Below are positions 47,309 through 56,976 of a stretch of DNA of 64,000 nt, piece by piece (position 1 is the first letter of the stretch; each line of letters opens with the position of its first letter). A program made the position numbers and the translations under genes. The stretch is from an uncultured Gemmatimonadales bacterium (GTDB lineage Bacteria; Gemmatimonadota; Gemmatimonadetes; Gemmatimonadales; Gemmatimonadaceae). The stretch is from contig CAWBZV010000010.1 in NCBI GenBank assembly GCA_963793305.1, positions 32,001 to 96,000 of the forward strand, written 5' to 3'. The notes under the pieces were generated by a model, which was not told the origin of the DNA, did no database searches, and worked only from the letters and a program-made list of their open reading frames with translations.

Positions 47309-48715
47309 TTAGGGAGCCACTCCGAACGGATCGCTGATGTGGCAGACGAGGCAGATGGAACGATTGCGTTCCCACATCCGGCGGGCGTCGAAGTTCGGGC
47401 CGTGCGGATTCACATGGCCGCCGATGTCCGAGTGGCACGCAACGCAATCGCGCTCCTGATGACAGCTCGTGCACGTCGCCAGATCGCGGCGCGCCGCCTG
47501 GCCATGCTGCAACAGCCAGAGCGGCTCCGCCGTGTGAAACGCGATGTTGCGATTGGCGCGCGAGGCGATCCCGACGTTCATGTGACACGTCCGGCAGAAC
47601 GACTCGGTGTTGTGACACTTAGCGCAGTCGATCTGCCGCGCGTACGAGTCCGCGGCATGATGGGCCATGAAGTTCGCCGGATGGAAGCCCCGGGTCGTGC
47701 GGCCGGCGTGGCACGAGACGCAGAAGACCTGTTGCTCGTGGCACCCGGCGCAGTTCATCTGACGGGTCGACGCCGCAGGCCCGTGTGACGTGACGAATCC
47801 CGACGGATGCACGCGCGAGACATACATGACACCCACGCCGGCCGGACCCGCACCGGTCGGCGCCGGCAGTCGCGCGATGACCGCCGGCGCTTCCCGGCCG
47901 GCGTGACACGACGCGCAACTCGGCCGCGTATGACAGTTCGCGCACTGGGCGATATTCGTGCGCGCGGCACTCCCGTGATCGTACGGCCACGACGCGGCCG
48001 TGTGACTCGGTGGCCGCGGGTACTCGGCGGGGCGGCCAGCCATAAGCCGCGCGACACGAGTATCCCGCGCCAGCGTCGCGATCGCCGGCACCGCGGCGCC
48101 ATTGAAATGGCATCGCTCGCAGCTCTCGCGCGCGTGGCACGTGGCGCACTGCGCCTGCTCGGCCGGCGACGTCGGCGCGTGCGCGAGGACAAAATCGTCC
48201 GCGCGGTGCGAGGCCGGCTTGTCGAACGCCGCGATCTGCCGCTCGGTGAGCGCGCTTGCTTCCGTCAATGGGACGTGACACGTCGCGCAAACGGCCTGCG
48301 GCGCCAGATGCTCGGCAACGCGATGCGCATGGCAATCGATGCACAGCGCCGGCTGCGCGCGCGCGACGTCCATCCACACGACCTGCCCGCGCTGCGCCGT
48401 GTGACACGACATGCAATCCAGCGAGTCGCCGGTACCACTGGTACGGCGGTAATGCTCCGCGTGGTCGAAGATCACATTCGTCGCGACGCGGCGAGGCCCG
48501 CTCCACGGCACCTCCTTGAGCTCGCGCCCAGTATGGCACCCTTGGCAGGACGCCGCTGTCGGGAAAAGCCTGGCACTGTCGCCGGACGCGATGCCGGCGT
48601 GACAGCCGAGGCAGGTTGGAAAGACCTTGGCGTGGCGGGCGTGCGGAAAGCCCTGGTCGTCCTGACGGAGCCCCCACGTCAACGCCAGCACGATGGCGGC
48701 GATCGTCCAGCGCAT
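47309..48715 (-). CDS. secreted 16-heme cytochrome c
   Basis: Signal peptide MRWTIAAIVLALTWG; 16 CxxCH counted. Confidence 0.92.
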   Translation of the reverse strand: MRWTIAAIVLALTWGLRQDDQGFPHARHAKVFPTCLGCHAGIASGDSARLFPTAASCQGCHTGRELKEVPWSGPRRVATNVIFDHAEHYRRTSGTGDSLDCMSCHTAQRGQVVWMDVARAQPALCIDCHAHRVAEHLAPQAVCATCHVPLTEASALTERQIAAFDKPASHRADDFVLAHAPTSPAEQAQCATCHARESCERCHFNGAAVPAIATLARDTRVARLMAGRPAEYPRPPSHTAASWPYDHGSAARTNIAQCANCHTRPSCASCHAGREAPAVIARLPAPTGAGPAGVGVMYVSRVHPSGFVTSHGPAASTRQMNCAGCHEQQVFCVSCHAGRTTRGFHPANFMAHHAADSYARQIDCAKCHNTESFCRTCHMNVGIASRANRNIAFHTAEPLWLLQHGQAARRDLATCTSCHQERDCVACHSDIGGHVNPHGPNFDARRMWERNRSICLVCHISDPFGVAP

Positions 48716-50154
48716 CACCGCAACCCCGGATCGCGGCCCAACGTCCACTCAAGCCGAAACGACGCCCGCGTCTGATTCCAGTTGGTGATCTGCGGCGTCT
48801 CGCCGCCAACGTAGCGATAGATCCCCACGTCGGCGATCGCGCTCAACCCGGCGAGGATCTCGACGCTGCCCGCGAGTCCCACACCGAGCACCTGCCCCGT
48901 GCCGACCTGAAACTCATACAGGGTCTCGGAGGCGCTGCCGGTGAGGTCGATCGATGTATGCGCCGTCGGCGTCCAGCGCAGGCCTCCGCTGGCATCGTCC
49001 AGTGTCGCGCCCGAGCCGTACAGGAGGCGATACTCACCGTGCACGGTCCATTTCGGGATGAACCGCCACGAGCCGGTCGCGTCGACGTCCCAGCCGCTAT
49101 TGACGAGTGGCAGAAAATTGACCCCGGCGTTTGCCTGATCGTACCGTCGCGCTCCGCCGCTGAGGCTGAACGCAAAGCGCTGATCGGTGCTGCCCCACGC
49201 CGCACCCAGTCGCTCCTCGGTGTAACCCACGGGAGCAAACACGCCCCAGATCGTCCACAGGTCGAAGTACGGCGAGTAGCGCCGCACCTCGGCATCGACG
49301 TGGAACCCCAGTCCGAGCGGCGCCTGCGCCCGAATGTGCGCGTCGTTGAACGTGCCGGTCGCGAGGTCATACTGCAGGCCGCCGCTCAGATCCAGGCGCG
49401 CGAACCGAACGTCGCCATCGGCCGCGAACCGGTCAGAGTAGAGACCGGCGGCGTCGGTGCGAAGCTCGCGCTGATACTGCACGTCGAACGACGCTTGCGG
49501 GACGGGCCGGATCTCGAGCTGTGCGCCGAGCAGATACGACCCCTCGTTCGGCGCCAGCGGCTCGATCGTCGTGACGGCCGAGCTGGTCACCGTGGCGTTG
49601 AGCCCCGGAACGAGGCTTCGACCGCCGTACACGTTGACCGACAACTGATCGATCGGCCGGACCAGGACCGATCCGCCGTCATAGTTATAGTAGCCCAACC
49701 CCGACTGGATCCACGCTCGTCCGGCCTGGACCCGAAAACGGTCACTATCGTATTCCAAGTAGCCGCTCAACACCTCGAACGAGTTGGCCTGAGGGAAGAT
49801 TTCCGACGCGCTGCCACCGGCCGTGCTGCCTCGGACGCTCACGTACGCGGAGAGGCCTGGCACGAGCCCCCACGCGCTCACATCGAGGGCCTGATAGGCC
49901 GGAATCGTGCTGACCCGCGGCGCCGAGCGCACGTACTGGCAGTACGCGTCGCCGCTAATGCACTCGACGATGATGCCGTTGGCCGTGCGACGCAGGAGAC
50001 CACTGTCCTGGGTCGCGGCGATCGGCACGCTGTCCTGAACCATCGGCTGAACGTCGACATACTCGACGACCGACGTGCCGGAGATCCGCACTCCCTGCGC
50101 GCCGAGCGGTCCAGCGCTCAATAGCATCGCCAGCGCGATGCCCCGCCCCGTCAT
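48715..50154 (-). CDS. outer-membrane beta-barrel protein (porin of a porin-cytochrome cluster)
   Basis: Signal peptide; many amphipathic Tyr/Trp-rich strands; no CxxCH; stop/start overlaps with both flanking cytochromes. Confidence 0.8.
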   Translation of the reverse strand: MTGRGIALAMLLSAGPLGAQGVRISGTSVVEYVDVQPMVQDSVPIAATQDSGLLRRTANGIIVECISGDAYCQYVRSAPRVSTIPAYQALDVSAWGLVPGLSAYVSVRGSTAGGSASEIFPQANSFEVLSGYLEYDSDRFRVQAGRAWIQSGLGYYNYDGGSVLVRPIDQLSVNVYGGRSLVPGLNATVTSSAVTTIEPLAPNEGSYLLGAQLEIRPVPQASFDVQYQRELRTDAAGLYSDRFAADGDVRFARLDLSGGLQYDLATGTFNDAHIRAQAPLGLGFHVDAEVRRYSPYFDLWTIWGVFAPVGYTEERLGAAWGSTDQRFAFSLSGGARRYDQANAGVNFLPLVNSGWDVDATGSWRFIPKWTVHGEYRLLYGSGATLDDASGGLRWTPTAHTSIDLTGSASETLYEFQVGTGQVLGVGLAGSVEILAGLSAIADVGIYRYVGGETPQITNWNQTRASFRLEWTLGRDPGLR

Positions 50155-51956
50155 GACCCCGTTCCGTGCTGCCACTCGACTTGATGACAGCCGGCACATT
50201 CACGTCCGGGATGGTGGTCGACGAGCGTCTGGTGACACACCAAGCAGACATTGCGCACCGGTGGGAGCGCGGCCGAGGCCGCATCCTGGTGGCAACCGCT
50301 GGTCGCGCAGCCGCGATGGGCGCTGCGCGTATGCGCGGTCTTCTCTGGCGCATGGCACCCGCGGCAGTTGACGGGGTGGATGTTGGGCCCTGCCACATGG
50401 TGGTCGACGTGGCATGACTCGCAGTCGCGAGACGGCTCGAGCGTCACGGGTGTGTCGTGACACCGCGCGCAGGCAACCGACGTGTGCGCCGAGTGAGCGA
50501 ACGTGAGGTTGCGTGCGTGAGGGGTCGGGTTCACCGACGAGCGGAAGACCGTCGGCACAATGGCACGCGCCGATATCTCGGCTGGCACATGGCAGCCGGT
50601 ACAGGCGGTCGTGTGGTCGGCCGCATGATGGCAGGATTGGCAATCGCGGACGCTGTGCAGCGCGATCTCGCCGTGCCGGTGCTCGCTCGAGTGACAACTC
50701 GTGCAGGCCACGTTTGGGTGACGCTGGTGCGAGAACGGCGGCAGCGAATCGGCTGCAGGGAGAAACGCGGCCGGTCTAAACACTGGCGGAGCACGGGCAG
50801 CGGCTCGCGTCTCATCGCCATGACTCATGATGTCGCGATGGCACGTGAGGCACGCATTGGCGCTCACGGTCCAGGTGTGCGCCTTGTGGCAGCTCTCGCA
50901 GTTCGCCAGCACTTGGGGCGCCAGCCCTTTGTGCAGCGGCGTCAGCGTATCGGGGCGCACGTGACAGCCCGCGTTGGTACACGTGGTGGCCGCCGCCTGC
51001 GGCGTAGTCTGCGTATGCGGGTTGTGACACCAGCCGCACTGTCCCCGGTGCGGGTCGCGCGCTGGATCGAAGTTGGCCAGCACTTTCTGCATCGCATGAC
51101 ACCCGAAGCACTCGTTGCCGCCGGGCACCAGGGCGCGGTGAGCGGAGTCGGGCGACACATGGAGGCCGACGCGCCGGGTGAAGGCGTGGCACGTCACGCA
51201 GTGCATTTGCGTCTGCATCGCCATCTTGCCGAGATGGATCTCGGTGTGCTCATGACAACCAGACTGACCACACGTCTGCTGGATCGGGAGAAAGCGGTGC
51301 AGCTCGACACCGTGGCAGGTCGTGCATTGCATATTGCGCAGCGACCCCGTGTCGTTCTCCAGATGAACGCGATGCCCCGCGGTCGCCAGGATCTGCTTCC
51401 AGATGCTGTCCGGACGATCTTGGTTGTGGCAGCGGAGGCACGCGCGGTTCGGCACCTTCGCGTGCGGCGGAATCGACTGGGGGCGCTCGGCGATCTGATA
51501 ATAGACCTGCTTGACGTCCGCGATGATGCCCTGCTGATGGCAGTCGTGGCACTCGAGCTGCTTGTGCTCGCTGCCTTGGAAGCGGCTGTACGCCGGGACC
51601 ATGACGTGACAGGCGACGCAGAAATCGTTGCTGTGTTGCGTGTAATTCCAGCTCGCGGCGCTAAACATCGCTGCGCCGACGAGGCAGAGGCCCGCCGCTG
51701 CGGCGAGGCCGATCAGGACTGGACGTGAGCGTGAGCGAAGCCACGCGATGATCGCGGTCCGGTGCCGCCAGAGGAGCCAGGCGATCCCCGCCGCGGCGAG
51801 GACGCCCACCACGAACACCGTGATCTGCACCCACGACGGGAGATTGAACGCGAACCGAAAGAGTGCCGCGACGCCGCCGGGCAACGGCGAGCGCACGACC
51901 ACCGAGTCCAGCGCAACGGTATCGCCCGGTAGCCGTTGCGGGAGCAACCCGCTCAC
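50151..51956 (-). CDS. membrane-anchored NapC/NirT-type multiheme cytochrome, extended (17 CxxCH + 3 CxxxxCH)
   Basis: Two N-terminal TMs, NDFCVACHVM (CxxCHxM), SEH..LECHDCH, ACLRCH, CTTCH, then 16 more motifs. Confidence 0.9.
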   Translation of the reverse strand: MSGLLPQRLPGDTVALDSVVVRSPLPGGVAALFRFAFNLPSWVQITVFVVGVLAAAGIAWLLWRHRTAIIAWLRSRSRPVLIGLAAAAGLCLVGAAMFSAASWNYTQHSNDFCVACHVMVPAYSRFQGSEHKQLECHDCHQQGIIADVKQVYYQIAERPQSIPPHAKVPNRACLRCHNQDRPDSIWKQILATAGHRVHLENDTGSLRNMQCTTCHGVELHRFLPIQQTCGQSGCHEHTEIHLGKMAMQTQMHCVTCHAFTRRVGLHVSPDSAHRALVPGGNECFGCHAMQKVLANFDPARDPHRGQCGWCHNPHTQTTPQAAATTCTNAGCHVRPDTLTPLHKGLAPQVLANCESCHKAHTWTVSANACLTCHRDIMSHGDETRAAARAPPVFRPAAFLPAADSLPPFSHQRHPNVACTSCHSSEHRHGEIALHSVRDCQSCHHAADHTTACTGCHVPAEISARAIVPTVFRSSVNPTPHARNLTFAHSAHTSVACARCHDTPVTLEPSRDCESCHVDHHVAGPNIHPVNCRGCHAPEKTAHTRSAHRGCATSGCHQDAASAALPPVRNVCLVCHQTLVDHHPGRECAGCHQVEWQHGTGS

Positions 51957-51958
51957 GT

Positions 51959-53423
51959 TCAGTGCGGCAGCCTAACGCCCGACGGGTGCTTCAGCTTGAG
52001 CTCGAGCGAGACCCTCTGCGTCGACGGCACACCGTACGTGTTCGTCATCGCCGAGATACTGCCCGTGAGCAACGCCTCCATCAAGAACGGGTTGTGAATC
52101 GGCGATCCCGGTAGCTCCGCAAGCTGCGGCGTTGAACAACGATCCCGCCGCCACCGTGTACGTGGCATTCGTCGATGCCGTCTCGGCCGGCGTCGCGCCA
52201 AGTACGGTCGCGAGTTGCGTTCGGAGCACCGTGTCCAGTTGCAGAATCCGTCCCACGCCTGTCAGATACGCCGACACCGCGACCGCCTGCGTCCCGTGGC
52301 ATCCGCTGGCCGTGCACCCAGCAAAGCTACGCGCTGCCGTCGTGACCGCGCAGTTCGTGGTGCCTGCTGGTAGCCCTTGCGCATTGATGCAGGGGATGGC
52401 GTTGAAGCTATGGCCCGTCGTGTGGTACACGAATTTGCCGGACGTATCGCTAATCGTGAGGCTATCGACATGGCACGTCGCGCACAGCCTGGGGTTGGCC
52501 GACGAGCCGTGGGTGCTGATAATTGTGTCGATTCCCCCAGGGATCTGGAGATTCGGCGGGAACCAGCCGGCCGTGCCGAGCAGGAGCGGGCCTTCGGGCG
52601 AATGCGGACCGTACTTCTTGGTGTCCGCATTGAGCACGCTACCGTTCTGGTGGCACTTCATGCACAGGTTGACCGACACGTCAGCGACGTTGATGGGGAA
52701 CCGGAGCTGGCCCGCATTGGCGTTGCTGTGCGGGTCGTGGCACACAGCGCACGTGATCGGGAGCGTGTCGCCGTTGGCGAAGCCCGCTTCTTTATAGTTC
52801 GTGTTCACGCCCCAGGCGACCAGCGCCCCTTGCCCCGTGTGGCAGCCCTGACACTGCGCGTTCGCCTCCGGGTGCGCCTCTTGCCAAGCCGGGACAGTGG
52901 CGTGACGCGAGGTCACCCACTCGTTGACAAACGGTTCGTGAACGCCGGTGTGACACGCGCCGCAGCCAGTCGTGCTGCTGGTGTCTGCGCGTAACGACGC
53001 GAGCGGATGATTCGTGATCGACGGACTCGTGACGTGCGTCAGTCCGGGGCCATGGCAGTTCTCACACTGGACGTCCTGGTAGCGCGGGTCCTTGGTAGCG
53101 ACGTAACCGACCTGCGCTGAGCTGGCCCCGTTGCCGTTCTGGCCGACGCTATGGCACTGCTGACAATTGGCGGGGTTTTCGCCCGTGGCGGTCAGGTCCT
53201 TCCAGGCATGCGCGTGCGCGGTCTGGATCCACGGCGTCTGGTGGTCGACGTGGCAGTCTCCGCAAACCGTCATCTGCGTGGAGACCGTGGCGTAGCCGAG
53301 GAAGCCGCCAGCATTGGAAGGCGGGGCGGCGAAGTTCGTGCTGCGGTAGACGATGTGATCGTGCACACAACCCAGCGCACTGGCGCTGGCGAGAACCGTC
53401 GCGAACCAGACTGACCGCCTCAT
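51959..53423 (-). CDS. multiheme cytochrome c lipoprotein (8 CxxCH + 1 CxxxxCH), apparent +1 frameshift near 52128
   Basis: Lipobox ALG-C; c554-like W..TAHA, VQCENCHGPG, ITCAVCHDPH; corrected tail FNAQLAELPGSPIHNPF ends at 51959. Confidence 0.9.
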
Positions 53424-53478
53424 CTTCGCGCTCTTGGCGAGAGTGCGTTCTAATAAATATCCTATCCTGCCGCGCGTC

Positions 53479-53497
53479 AGCCGGGGATTCCCTGACA
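53479..53497. promoter_or_regulatory. 19-bp regulon palindrome, site 6
   Basis: AGCCGGGGATTCCCTGACA upstream of the multiheme operon. Confidence 0.65.
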
Positions 53498-53557
53498 GAT
53501 CATCGATTGGTCGTGCGATATGGTAACGAGTTGTGTGCCTATTCCCGTGAACTGGAG

Positions 53558-54347
53558 ATGGCATCGATGACGACAGGCGCGACTCCGGCAGCGTTGACGA
53601 TCACGTGCGCGACCTGCGGCACCGAGTCGACCGGCGCGCGGTTCTGCCCCTCCTGCGGGGCGCCGCTCCAGGGCGCGCGATGCGGCGGGTGCGACTCGAC
53701 GCTGCTGACCGGCGCCCGTTACTGCCACCGATGCGGCACGGCAGCCGGCGCCGCGGGGCCCTCGCGCCTGCGCGTCGCGCCAGCGACGCCTTGGGTCGTC
53801 GCGGCCGTCGCGCTGTTGGCGCTCGTCGTCTTGATCGTGAGCAGACGGTCGACGCCCGCAGCCGTCGACGTCGCCGCGGCCGACCCACCCGCGGCCCCCG
53901 CGGCCGGCGCGCTGGATATCAGCGCAATGTCCCCAGCGGAGCGGGCGGACCGGTTGTTCGACCGGGTGATGCGACTGCACGAGGAGGGGAAGGACGACAG
54001 CGTGCAGTTCTTCCGACCGATGGTGCTCTCGGCGTACCAGATGATCGGGCCGCTCGACCTGGATCAGCACTACGACCTCGGTGAGATCGGAGAGACGCTC
54101 GGCATGATGAATCTGGCGACCGCCGAAGCCGACACGATTCTCCGCGCCGAGCCCAAGCATTCTGCTCGGGCTCGCGCTCGCCGCGCGGGTCGCGGCCGAG
54201 ACGCAGCATGCCGCTGCCGCCCGCGGCTACTACCGCCGGCTGCTGGCTGCGGCGCCGACCGAGCGCCAGCGTCCGCTCCCGGAGTACACGCGGCACGACA
54301 GGGACATCACGACCGCGCTCGCCGCCGCGGCGGCGCTGGGGCGTTGA
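53558..54347 (+). CDS. double zinc-ribbon + TM + TPR-like protein, apparent +1 frameshift near 54161
   Basis: CATCG..FCPSCG..CGGC..YCHRCG, TM; corrected EPKHLLGLALAARVA...YYRRLLAA ends TGA at 54347. Confidence 0.8.
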
Positions 54348-54364
54348 GGGGTAATGTCCGACCG

Positions 54365-54499
54365 GTCGAGCAGGCGGCGTGGAGCGTCAACGGCGTCCGC
54401 GCGATTGCCGAGCGGCTGCGCGTGCGCCGGACGTCCGACACCGGCCCATCCGATACGGCGCTCGCGCTCGCGGTGCTGAAAGCGCTCGAGCATGAGCCT
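54365..54499 (+). pseudogene. BON-domain gene fragment
   Basis: VEQAAWSVNGVRAIAERLRV...SDTALALAVLKALE resembles VERVKGVRAVASELEV...EDESLARAAAVAIE of the gene at 60869-61564. Confidence 0.5.
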
Positions 54500-54614
54500 G
54501 CGGCCGCCGGATGCCGTCCGCGCGGACATCCCGGTCGGCCGGGCCTTCGAGATGTCGCTGACCAGACACGCCCAGGCGTGATGTGCGAAACCGCGCCGCT
54601 GTTGCCAGCGGAGC

Positions 54615-54947
54615 TCACTTCGAGGAGAGTCCACGGACGTACTTCGCGAGGGTTGCCATCTGACTCGACGTGAGCTTGCCTTTGAACGGTGGCATGTCTC
54701 CGCCCTTTCCTCCCGTGAGCACTTTCACGATCGAGTCGTCCGTGCGCACCGCGATGAACGCGGAGTCGAACGTCGGGATCTTGTTGAGCGCCGACTTGAC
54801 GTTCTTCGGCGGGAGCCCGCGGACGCCGTGACATTGCATGCAGTTCTGGTCGTACAAAGCTTTGGCATCGTCCTGCAGACCGTGCACACGAACTGATGCA
54901 AGCGATGCCAGCAGCGTGAGGGAAAAACCTACGACCCGGATGATCAT
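54615..54947 (-). CDS. monoheme cytochrome c
   Basis: Signal peptide, LYDQNCMQCHG, GDMPPF. Confidence 0.9.
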   Translation of the reverse strand: MIIRVVGFSLTLLASLASVRVHGLQDDAKALYDQNCMQCHGVRGLPPKNVKSALNKIPTFDSAFIAVRTDDSIVKVLTGGKGGDMPPFKGKLTSSQMATLAKYVRGLSSK

Positions 54948-56446
54948 CGCGTGCTCGTGGTTGTGCGTGGCTCGGGAAACGTATCGCGGAACTCCGGCGG
55001 CTGCGTCGCCCCGTGCGGGCCCCGCAACGACGACAGGTACTGGGCGAGCTCTTCGATTTCCTGATGGCTCAGCGTCGGCGGTCCGAACGCTGGCATCTTC
55101 GAGTCGCGATGAAAGCGCGTCGGCTCTTCGATGAAACTGTGCAACCAGGCGGTTGAATGCAACAAGCCGATGCTCCCGAGCTCCGGCGCGTTCGGGGCAG
55201 CGGCGGATTGCTGCACCGGCGGTCCGTTGATCTGATGACAGCCGCCGCATTGTTGCTGCGCGAACAAGGTGCGACCGGCGCGCTCGACGTACGTCAATGG
55301 CCGCCCGACCTCGGGCACGATCCTCGGTGAAGGCGCATCATGGGCCGACGCGCCGAAGAGCATCGCCACCACCGCCGCCGTCACGCCAAGCGAAAGGAGC
55401 GCCAGCGGCCGACGACGGAGCGAACGGGCACTCCCCCGGTCGAAGAACGGAAGGAGGAGGAGCCCCAACGCGACGAGACCCGGGACACCCACGGCGATGA
55501 CGCTCTCGAGCGCGCCGGGGACGAGCTTCAGCAGTTGAAAGAACGGCAGGAAATACCATTCGGGCCGCGGCACGTAGACCGCATCAGTCGGGTCGGCGGG
55601 GGATTCGAGTCCGGCGCCTTGCACGCTCGCGAGCAACACGAGCAACGCGACGACTCCAGTCGCGACAACGATATCCTTCGCGATGATGTCGGGCCAGAAC
55701 GGAACGCCTTTGGCCTTCGACTCCGCACTCGTCTCGCGATAGAACTGGGCATAGGCGCCGTCGCCGGTGCTCGCCGGTGCATCACGCTCCAGTACCGCGG
55801 GTGGCGATGCGATGCCTTGCCGAACAACGAGCGCGAGGTGCAGCAATACGACCACCCCGATCGCGAGCGGCAGGACGAGCACGTGCAACGAATAGAAGCG
55901 CGTGAGCGTGGCGGCGCCGAGCTGCCCCCCTCCGCGCAGCAGCTCGACCAGAACGCCCCCGACGATCGGCGTCGTGCCGGCGATATTGGTGCCCACTTGC
56001 GTCGCCCAATATGCCTTCTGGTCCCAAGGCAACAGGTACCCGGTGAACCCGAACCCCAGCACGACGAAGAGCAGGACGACGCCAAGAAGCCAGTTGAGCT
56101 CGCGGGGATACTTGTACGCGCCCATCGTGAAGACGCGAACCATGTGGGCGCAGACGAGTACGACCATCGCCGAGGCACCCCAATGGTGAACCCCGCGCAG
56201 CAGCGCTCCGCTGGCAACCGTTTGGTCGATGTAGCGAATGCTGTCGTACGCGTGGTCCGGCGACGGCGCATAGTACATGGCGAGGACGATGCCCGTCACG
56301 ACCTGCACGGCAAGCACCGTCAGCGTCGCGCTGCCGAGGGTGTGCGACCACGTGAGCCCGGACGGCATCTTGCGGTCGAGCAGTGTTCGGCGCAACTCGG
56401 CGACGTCTACGCGCACATCGAGCCAACGGGCTATGGCGGCGAACAA
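54944..56446 (-). CDS. cytochrome b (b6 + subunit IV) fused to a C-terminal cytochrome c
   Basis: TGIVLAMYY, RGVHHWGAS, HMVRVF, GYLLPWDQ, RFYSLH, RPEWY, CGGCH...KMP. Confidence 0.93.
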   Translation of the reverse strand: MFAAIARWLDVRVDVAELRRTLLDRKMPSGLTWSHTLGSATLTVLAVQVVTGIVLAMYYAPSPDHAYDSIRYIDQTVASGALLRGVHHWGASAMVVLVCAHMVRVFTMGAYKYPRELNWLLGVVLLFVVLGFGFTGYLLPWDQKAYWATQVGTNIAGTTPIVGGVLVELLRGGGQLGAATLTRFYSLHVLVLPLAIGVVVLLHLALVVRQGIASPPAVLERDAPASTGDGAYAQFYRETSAESKAKGVPFWPDIIAKDIVVATGVVALLVLLASVQGAGLESPADPTDAVYVPRPEWYFLPFFQLLKLVPGALESVIAVGVPGLVALGLLLLPFFDRGSARSLRRRPLALLSLGVTAAVVAMLFGASAHDAPSPRIVPEVGRPLTYVERAGRTLFAQQQCGGCHQINGPPVQQSAAAPNAPELGSIGLLHSTAWLHSFIEEPTRFHRDSKMPAFGPPTLSHQEIEELAQYLSSLRGPHGATQPPEFRDTFPEPRTTTSTR

Positions 56447-56965
56447 CTACGCCTCGACCTGATTCGCGATACCAAGGCGGAAATCCTTGTAGTTGACCCA
56501 GACCGCGCCGTCACGTACTTCCGCCTTCAACTCGTCGAGCGACCGCGGCGGTGGGCCCGCCAGCACTCGGCCCGTCGTGATATCGAACTGTCCGTGATGA
56601 CACGGGCAGACGAAGTTCTTCGTGCCCTGATCGTACCCGAACGCGCAGCCCAGGTGCGTGCAGTGGGCATTATAGGCCTTGAACGTCTTGCCGTTCTTCG
56701 TGTAGAGCCAGACGCTATTCAGTTGCCGATCCTCCACCCACGCGTCGACCCTGCTTTCGACGAAGCTGACGCGCAGTGGAATATCCGTGTCGATCAGAGC
56801 AACGTCGTCGGCGACCTTCACCCAGCGATCGGGCCTCGCCGAAGACAGTGACGGTGAGAGGAACGCTCGGAGCACCGGAAAGCCGACGAGCGCGGCGCCC
56901 AGTGTCGCTCCGATACCGCTGACCCACTGCAGGAAGCGCCGCCGACCCACCCGTGAGTCACTCAC
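56447..56965 (-). CDS. Rieske [2Fe-2S] subunit of a bc-type complex
   Basis: GRRRFL Tat anchor; CTHLGC and CPCHHGQF; GPPPRSL. Confidence 0.95.
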   Translation of the reverse strand: MSDSRVGRRRFLQWVSGIGATLGAALVGFPVLRAFLSPSLSSARPDRWVKVADDVALIDTDIPLRVSFVESRVDAWVEDRQLNSVWLYTKNGKTFKAYNAHCTHLGCAFGYDQGTKNFVCPCHHGQFDITTGRVLAGPPPRSLDELKAEVRDGAVWVNYKDFRLGIANQVEA

Positions 56966-56976
56966 CGCCTTGCGCC

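Noticed and set aside
47309..53423. Naming the cluster mtrCAB, or the lipoprotein nrfA
   Set aside because: Heme counts and spacing do not fit decaheme MtrA/MtrC, and no CxxCK catalytic motif is present
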